NCBI GenBank assembly: GCA_963697335.1
Contig: CAVONQ010000018.1
Location: 288,001 to 352,000 of the forward strand
Direction: 5' to 3'
DNA: 64,000 nt
Source of the DNA: an uncultured cyanobacterium
GTDB lineage: Bacteria; Cyanobacteriota; Cyanobacteriia; PCC-6307; Cyanobiaceae
Part shown: positions 57,799 to 64,000 of the stretch, piece by piece
Layout: each line of letters starts with the position of its first letter
Position numbering within the stretch: position 1 is the stretch's first letter
Program-made: the position numbers and the translations under genes
The notes under the pieces: generated by a model
What the model saw: only the letters and a program-made list of their open reading frames with translations
What the model was told of the DNA's origin: nothing
Database searches by the model: none

Positions 57799-59112
57799 AT
57801 GGCCGACCCCGCGCGTGCTGCCTCCGTGATGGCCATGGCCGCCAGCCACAACCAAACCCTGGCGGCCGCCGACCCCGCCATCGCCGCCCTGATCGGCAAG
57901 GAGCTGGAGCGTCAGCAGACCCACCTCGAGCTGATCGCCTCGGAGAACTTCACCTCCCGCGCCGTGATGGAGGCCCAGGGCTCGGTGCTCACCAACAAGT
58001 ACGCCGAGGGCCTGCCCTCCAAGCGCTACTACGGCGGCTGCGAGCACGTGGACGCCATTGAGGAGCTGGCGATCCAGCGGGCCAAGCAGCTGTTCGGCGC
58101 TGCCTGGGCCAACGTGCAGCCCCACAGCGGCGCCCAGGCCAACTTCGCCGTGTTCCTGGCCCTGCTGCAGCCCGGGGACACGATCCTGGGCATGGACCTC
58201 AGCCACGGCGGCCACCTCACCCACGGCTCGCCGGTGAACGTGAGCGGCAAGTGGTTCAAGGCCGTCCATTACGGCGTGGACCCCCAAACCCAGCAGCTCA
58301 ACTTCGACACCGTGCGCCAGCTGGCGCTGCAGCACCGGCCGAAGCTGATCGTGTGCGGCTATTCCGCCTACCCCCGCAGCATCGACTTCTCGGCCTTCCG
58401 CGCCATCGCCGATGAGGTGGGTGCCTTTCTGCTCGCCGACATGGCCCACATCGCCGGCCTGGTGGCCGCCGGCGTGCACGCCAACCCCGTTCCGGTCTGC
58501 GATGTGGTGACCACCACCACCCACAAGACCCTGCGCGGCCCCCGCGGCGGCCTGATCCTCTGCCGCGACGCCGAGTTCGGCAAGCGCTTTGACAAAGCGG
58601 TGTTCCCGGGTAGCCAGGGCGGCCCGCTGGAGCACGTGATCGCCGCCAAGGCGGTGGCCTTCGGTGAAGCCCTGCTGCCCTCCTTCCGCACCTATAGCGA
58701 GCAGGTGGTGCTCAATGCCCAGGCCCTGGCCCGGCGCATCCAGGAGCGGGGCATCGCCGTGGTCAGCGGCGGCACCGACAACCACCTGGTGCTTCTGGAC
58801 CTGCGCAGCATCGGCATGACCGGCAAGGTGGCGGACCTGCTGGTGAGCGACGTGCACATCACCGCCAACAAGAACACGGTGCCCTTCGATCCCGAGTCCC
58901 CCTTCGTCACCAGCGGCCTGCGGCTCGGCACCGCCGCCTGCACCACCCGCGGCTTTGATGCCGAGGCCTTTGTGGAGGTGGCGGACGTGATCGCCGACCG
59001 CCTGCTCAACCCCGATGATGTGGCGACCGAGGAGCGCTGCCGTCAGCGCGTGGCCGCGCTCTGCGCGCGCTTCCCCCTCTATGCCCCCGCCCGCGAGCTG
59101 CAGCCGGTCTGA
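57799..59112 (+). CDS. glyA: Serine hydroxymethyltransferase
   Basis: [50 protein letters not shown]. Confidence 0.98.
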   Translation: MADPARAASVMAMAASHNQTLAAADPAIAALIGKELERQQTHLELIASENFTSRAVMEAQGSVLTNKYAEGLPSKRYYGGCEHVDAIEELAIQRAKQLFGAAWANVQPHSGAQANFAVFLALLQPGDTILGMDLSHGGHLTHGSPVNVSGKWFKAVHYGVDPQTQQLNFDTVRQLALQHRPKLIVCGYSAYPRSIDFSAFRAIADEVGAFLLADMAHIAGLVAAGVHANPVPVCDVVTTTTHKTLRGPRGGLILCRDAEFGKRFDKAVFPGSQGGPLEHVIAAKAVAFGEALLPSFRTYSEQVVLNAQALARRIQERGIAVVSGGTDNHLVLLDLRSIGMTGKVADLLVSDVHITANKNTVPFDPESPFVTSGLRLGTAACTTRGFDAEAFVEVADVIADRLLNPDDVATEERCRQRVAALCARFPLYAPARELQPV

Positions 59113-59179
59113 GCCGCCCACCTGCCCGTAATGTGGCGCTCTACGCCCTGCCCCCAGGCGCCCGCGTCGGCTCGCTGTC

Positions 59180-60283
59180 GTGACTCTTGCCTACAGCCCC
59201 AACGCTGCAGCGCTGCTCACCTTTGCCGTGGCTGCCGTGCTCACCGCCCTGGTGGTGCCGGTGGTGCGGCGCCTCGGACTGCGCTGGGGGCTGATCGACG
59301 CCCCCGATGCCCGCAAGCAGCACACCACGCCGATGGTGCGGCTTGGGGGGATCGGCATCGTGATCGCCTTCAGCCTGGCCCTCGCCCTCACCTGGCAGCT
59401 CGGGGGCTTCGCCCAGCTGGAGGCCAGCAAGGATGCCCTGATCTGGACCACCCTCGGGGGCTCGCTCTGTTTCTTCGTGATCGGTCTGGCGGACGATCTG
59501 TTCGCCCTGCCGCCCTTGCCGAGGCTGCTGGGCCAGCTGCTGGTGTCGACGGCGGTGTGGCTGGAGGGGGTGCGGATCGGCAGCATCGATCTGCCCTTCG
59601 GCTGGATGGGGGCACCCTCCGCCGTGCTGCAGCTGCCTGACTGGCTGAGCCTGCTGGCCACGCTGGTGTGGCTGGTGGGCATCACCAATGCGATCAACTG
59701 GCTCGATGGCCTCGATGGCCTGGCCGCCGGGGTGAGCGGCATCGCTGCGGTGGGTCTGCTCTCGGTGAGCTTCAGCCTGGATCAACCTGCCGCCGGCCTG
59801 CTGGCCGCTGCCCTGGCCGGCAGCTGCCTCGGCTTTCTGCGCCACAACTTCAACCCCGCCCGCATCTTCATGGGGGATGGCGGCTCCTACTTCCTGGGCT
59901 TTGCCCTGGCCGCTGTGAGCATCGTGGGGCCGGCCAAGGGGCTCACCAGCGTCAGCCTGCTGCTGCCGCTGCTGATCCTCTCGCTGCCCCTGGCCGACAT
60001 GTCGGCGGTGATCATGGGCCGCCTCAGTGAGGGCCACTCGCCCTTCTATCCCGATCGCCGCCACCTGCACCACCGCCTGCTGCGCACGGGCCTGAGCCAT
60101 CGCCGCACCGTGCTGCTGATCTATGCCTTCACCCAGTGGCTGGCCTCCCTGGCCCTGGTGCTGGTGAATGCCGAGATGCGCTTCCTCTGGCTCGCCCTGG
60201 CCACGGCGGTGCTGATCTGGGTTCTGGTGACCACCCGCCGTGCCTTGCAGCGCCAGGACAGGCCCACGGCTCCGCTGCGATGA
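59180..60283 (+). CDS. MraY/WecA-family polyprenyl-phosphate GlcNAc-1-phosphate transferase
   Basis: [51 protein letters not shown]. Confidence 0.92.
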   Translation: MTLAYSPNAAALLTFAVAAVLTALVVPVVRRLGLRWGLIDAPDARKQHTTPMVRLGGIGIVIAFSLALALTWQLGGFAQLEASKDALIWTTLGGSLCFFVIGLADDLFALPPLPRLLGQLLVSTAVWLEGVRIGSIDLPFGWMGAPSAVLQLPDWLSLLATLVWLVGITNAINWLDGLDGLAAGVSGIAAVGLLSVSFSLDQPAAGLLAAALAGSCLGFLRHNFNPARIFMGDGGSYFLGFALAAVSIVGPAKGLTSVSLLLPLLILSLPLADMSAVIMGRLSEGHSPFYPDRRHLHHRLLRTGLSHRRTVLLIYAFTQWLASLALVLVNAEMRFLWLALATAVLIWVLVTTRRALQRQDRPTAPLR

Positions 60284-61560
60284 CCTCCGTCCCTGGCGGC
60301 ATTCCCCAGCCGGGCAGTGCCGAGATCCTCTGCATCGGCACCGAACTTCTGCTCGGCACGATCACCAATGGCAATGCCCGCTGGATCGCCGAACAGCTGG
60401 CCGTGCTCGGTGTGCCCCATCTGCGTCAGGAGGTGGTGGGGGACAACCGCGAGCGGCTGATGGCCGCCGTGCAGCAGGCCTCGCGCCGCTGCCGCATCCT
60501 GATCACCACCGGCGGCCTCGGCCCCACCCCCGATGACCTCACCACCGAGGCCATCGCCGCGGCCTTCGCCACCCCCCTGCAGGAGCGGCCGGAGGTGTGG
60601 GCCGACATCACCGAGAAGGCCCGCAGCCGCGGCCGGGAGCTGTCGCCCAGCCTGCGCCGCCAGGCCCTGCTGCCGAAGGGCGCGGCGGTGCTGCCCAACC
60701 CCACCGGCACAGCGGCCGGCATGATCTGGAGCCCCCTGCCGGGCTTCACGGTGCTCACCTTTCCCGGGGTGCCAAGTGAAATGAAGGCGATGTGGCAGGC
60801 CACGGCGGCCCCCTGGCTGCGGCAGGCGGGCCTCTCCCAGGGGGTGTTCGCCAGCCGGCTGCTGCGGTTCTGGGGCGTGGCCGAATCGACCCTCGCCGAG
60901 CAGGTGGGCGACCTGCTGACGGGCAGCAACCCCACCGTGGCCCCCTACGCCGGCGCCGGCGAGGTGAAGCTGCGGATCACGGCCCGGGCGGCGTCGCCAC
61001 AGCAGGCCTCCACCCTGCTGGCGCCGGTGGAGGCGGAGATCCGCCGGCGCGCTGCTGAGGCCTGCTTCGGCGCCGACGACGACAGCCTGGCCTCGGTGGT
61101 GCTGGCGGCCCTGCAGCGCCGGGGCGAGAGTCTCGCCGTGGCGGAGAGCTGCACGGGGGGCGGCCTCGGCGCCGCCTTGGCGGCCATCCCCGGGGCCTCC
61201 GCGGTGTTCCTCGGTGGGGTGATCGCCTACGCCAACGCGGTCAAACAGGGGGTGCTGGGGGTCCCGGCGGAGCTGCTGGAGCGCCACGGGGCGGTGAGTG
61301 ATCCGGTGGCGGCGGCGATGGCGGAGGGAGCCTGCAGGCTCACTGGTGCCCACTGGGGGGTGGCCGTGAGCGGCATCGCCGGTCCAGGGGGCGGCAGCGT
61401 GGAGAAGCCCGTGGGGCTGGTGCACATCGCCGTGGCGGGCCCCGATGGCACCCACAGCGCCGCGGTGCGCTTCGGCAGCAGCCGTGGCCGCTCCTGGATC
61501 CAGACCCTCACCACGGGAGAGGCGCTCGATCGGCTGCGCCGGCGCCTGGCCGCCGGCTGA
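60280..61560 (+). CDS. cinA: Competence/damage-inducible protein CinA (with NMN deamidase domain)
   Basis: [57 protein letters not shown]. Confidence 0.95.
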   Translation: MTSVPGGIPQPGSAEILCIGTELLLGTITNGNARWIAEQLAVLGVPHLRQEVVGDNRERLMAAVQQASRRCRILITTGGLGPTPDDLTTEAIAAAFATPLQERPEVWADITEKARSRGRELSPSLRRQALLPKGAAVLPNPTGTAAGMIWSPLPGFTVLTFPGVPSEMKAMWQATAAPWLRQAGLSQGVFASRLLRFWGVAESTLAEQVGDLLTGSNPTVAPYAGAGEVKLRITARAASPQQASTLLAPVEAEIRRRAAEACFGADDDSLASVVLAALQRRGESLAVAESCTGGGLGAALAAIPGASAVFLGGVIAYANAVKQGVLGVPAELLERHGAVSDPVAAAMAEGACRLTGAHWGVAVSGIAGPGGGSVEKPVGLVHIAVAGPDGTHSAAVRFGSSRGRSWIQTLTTGEALDRLRRRLAAG

Positions 61561-61872
61561 TCAATCCCCCTTACGGCGGCCGTCAAGCGGCACATCCGCT
61601 GATCTATGGCCCAAACATGTGGTGTGCCGGCGCCTGGTCCCCCAGGCGTTCCGGCTCTACATCAACCACAGCCGCTGGTTTGCCCGTCGCAAGGTGGCTC
61701 GCAAGTGGGAGCGCTTCGAGCAGAGTCTGTTGGTCCGCTACCTGCACAATCCTTTTCCGGCCCACCTTCTGGGCCGCCTGCCTGCCCGGAAGGTGGCTCC
61801 CTCACAACCACAATGGCGAGCGCTTTGACGGCCCTGGCCCCCAGGTGGCATCCTGGGCCCTTTGGTGCTGCG

Positions 61873-62175
61873 ATGCGGCTGTCGCTGCTGCTGGCTGCCG
61901 CGTTGCTGACTGCGGTGCAGGGCCAGGCCCGGGCCGCCGCCACGGACTGGCAGCGCTACCGCGACTTCTACCTCGGCGAAGGCCGCCCGCAGCTGCTGCG
62001 CTTCTGTGCCGTGTGGCGCGATGCCAATGCCCAGGGACACTCGCTCTGGGAGCCGGGGCTGGTGCGTCAACTCAACGCACCCCTGGCCCGGGATGGCTTC
62101 ACGGAGGCCCAGATCGATGCCATCACCGCCGGCCAGGTGGTGGCCATGAGCCAGGTCTGCACCGGCATCCGCTGA
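61873..62175 (+). CDS. Small secreted hypothetical protein
   Basis: [21 protein letters not shown] signal peptide; mature part has two Cys (RFC...QVC). Confidence 0.6.
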   Translation: MRLSLLLAAALLTAVQGQARAAATDWQRYRDFYLGEGRPQLLRFCAVWRDANAQGHSLWEPGLVRQLNAPLARDGFTEAQIDAITAGQVVAMSQVCTGIR

Positions 62176-62263
62176 ACAGGGAAGCCGCTACAGGCCGGGC
62201 TCGAGCCCCTGGCAGGGGAAAGCCATTGACTACCCTGGTCCATTGCGCCTCAAGAGGGATCCG

Positions 62264-63700
62264 GTGAGCGCCGCCACGCTGTACGACAAGGTCTGGGACC
62301 TGCATCGGGTGGCCGAACTGCCCGGCGGAGCCACCCAGCTCTTCATCGGTCTGCACCTGATTCACGAGGTGACCAGCCCCCAGGCCTTCGCCGCCCTCCA
62401 GGATCTTGGCCTGGGCGTGCGTCATCCCGAGCGCACTGTGGCCACGGTGGATCACATCGTGCCCACCACATCCCAGGCGCGGCCCTTTGCCGATCCCCTC
62501 GCCGAAGCAATGCTCGCCACGCTCGAGCGCAACTGCGCCCAGCACGGCATCACCCTGCACGGCCTCGGCAGCGGCCGCCAGGGCATCGTGCACGTGATCG
62601 CCCCCGAGCTGGGCCTCACCCAGCCCGGCATGACCGTCGCCTGCGGCGACTCCCACACCTCCACCCACGGCGCCTTCGGCGCCATTGCCTTCGGCATCGG
62701 CACCAGCCAGGTGCGCGATGTGCTGGCCAGCCAGAGCCTGGCGATGGGCAAGCTCAAGGTGCGCCGCATCTGGGTGGAGGGCCGCCTGCAGCCGGGGGTC
62801 TATGCCAAGGATCTGGTGCTGCACATCATCCGCAGCCTCGGCGTGAAGGGCGGCGTGGGCCATGCCTATGAATTCGCCGGTCCGGCCATCGCCGCCCTCT
62901 CGATGGAAGAGCGCATGACCCTGTGCAACATGGCGATCGAGGGCGGCGCGCGCTGCGGCTATGTCAACCCAGACGCCACCACCTTCGCCTACCTCAAGGG
63001 CCGCCCCTACGCACCCGCCGGTGAGGCCTGGGAGCGGGCCGTGGCGTGGTGGACCAGCCTGGCCAGTGGTCCGGAGGCGGTGTTTGACGACGAGGTGCGC
63101 TTTGATGCCGCTGCCATCGCCCCCACCGTGACCTGGGGCATCACGCCCGGCCAGGGCATCGGCGTGGATGAAGCCATCCCAACCCTGGATCAGACCCCTG
63201 CCGATGAGCGCCCCCTTGCTGAGGAGGCCTACCGCTACATGGATCTGCTGCCCGGTGCCCCGATCGCTGGCACACCGGTGGATGTGTGCTTCATCGGCAG
63301 CTGCACCAACGGCCGGCTCAGCGATCTGCAGGCCGCTGCCGCCGTGGCCCGCGGCCGCCGGGTCGTCCCTGGCCTCAAGGCCTTTGTGGTGCCGGGTTCC
63401 GAGCAGGTGGCGGCTGCCGCCGAGGCCGAGGGCCTCGATGCGGTGTTCACCGCCGCTGGCTTCGAATGGCGCGAGCCCGGCTGTTCGATGTGTCTGGCCA
63501 TGAACCCCGACCGCCTCGAAGGCCGCCAGATCAGCGCCAGCTCCAGCAACCGCAACTTCAAGGGCCGCCAGGGCTCGGCCTCGGGCCGCACCCTGCTGAT
63601 GAGCCCCGCCATGGTGGCTGCCGCCGCCGTGACCGGTCGGGTGTGCGACGTGCGTGAGCTGTTGGCCACAGCGCCTGCCCCCCCGGTGCCCGCCGCCTGA
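62264..63700 (+). CDS. leuC: 3-isopropylmalate dehydratase large subunit
   Basis: [57 protein letters not shown]. Confidence 0.97.
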   Translation: MSAATLYDKVWDLHRVAELPGGATQLFIGLHLIHEVTSPQAFAALQDLGLGVRHPERTVATVDHIVPTTSQARPFADPLAEAMLATLERNCAQHGITLHGLGSGRQGIVHVIAPELGLTQPGMTVACGDSHTSTHGAFGAIAFGIGTSQVRDVLASQSLAMGKLKVRRIWVEGRLQPGVYAKDLVLHIIRSLGVKGGVGHAYEFAGPAIAALSMEERMTLCNMAIEGGARCGYVNPDATTFAYLKGRPYAPAGEAWERAVAWWTSLASGPEAVFDDEVRFDAAAIAPTVTWGITPGQGIGVDEAIPTLDQTPADERPLAEEAYRYMDLLPGAPIAGTPVDVCFIGSCTNGRLSDLQAAAAVARGRRVVPGLKAFVVPGSEQVAAAAEAEGLDAVFTAAGFEWREPGCSMCLAMNPDRLEGRQISASSSNRNFKGRQGSASGRTLLMSPAMVAAAAVTGRVCDVRELLATAPAPPVPAA

Positions 63701-63745
63701 AGCTGCTGCCTGAGCCCTCCCCCCATGCCCGCCGTGCCCCGCGCT

Positions 63746-64000
63746 ATGACCACTGCTCCCTTCCCCAGCGGCGCCATCAGCCAGGTGGCCGGCACCGCCG
63801 TGGTGCTGCGCGGCGATGACATCGACACCGATCGGATCATTCCGGCCCGATTTCTCAAGTGCGTCACCTTCGAGGGCCTCGGCGAGCAGGTCTTCGCTGA
63901 CGACCGGGCCGAACGGCAGGGGGCCCATCCCTTTGACCGGCCCGAGCACCGCGGGGCGAGGCTGCTCCTGGTGAACCGCAATTTCGGCTGCGGCTCCAGC
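63746..64000 (+). CDS. leuD: 3-isopropylmalate dehydratase small subunit (5' part; runs off the window edge)
   Basis: Manual translation ..[30 protein letters not shown]. Confidence 0.95.
   Translation, partial: MTTAPFPSGAISQVAGTAVVLRGDDIDTDRIIPARFLKCVTFEGLGEQVFADDRAERQGAHPFDRPEHRGARLLLVNRNFGCGSS

Noticed and set aside
1..64000. CRISPR arrays, rRNA, IS elements, integrases or prophage genes
   Set aside because: No regularly spaced repeats and no transposase, integrase or phage motifs seen; neither tRNA shows a duplicated 3' end in the window.

Overview
High-GC picocyanobacterial chromosome segment (Cyanobium/Synechococcus-type, inferred from gene content and protein sequences). Most of it is conserved core: hisB, fabI, degT-like aminotransferase, phrA, NUDIX, folK, chlD, mlaD/mlaF, yvcK, ndhJKC, rubA-ycf48-psbEFLJ, carotenoid oxygenase, rdgB, pgm, pyrE, psbK, tgt, cobS, hik2-like kinase, purH, ispH, sfsA, murJ, glyA, cinA, leuC/leuD and two tRNAs. 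The main finding is a five-gene overlapping operon after psbJ (DUF374/LpxJ-like acyltransferase, waaA, lpxK, lpxB, msbA; 24925-30886). It encodes the late Kdo/4'-phosphate steps of proteobacterial-type lipid A synthesis, which cyanobacteria are generally reported to lack, and it overlaps the carotenoid oxygenase start at a probable inversion junction. Other accessory features: a beta-carbonic anhydrase; a serine hydrolase with an in-frame TAG just after its signal peptide; an inverted-domain, Cys-rich photolyase; a 197-bp duplication of the NUDIX 5' end flanking a sulfotransferase-like gene and decayed membrane-protein fragments; a second sulfotransferase; a GTA-N8-TAC (NtcA-type) site; and probable non-canonical starts for tgt and mlaF. 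All family calls come from motif recognition by eye, and synteny statements come from recalled picocyanobacterial gene order; no database searches were run.
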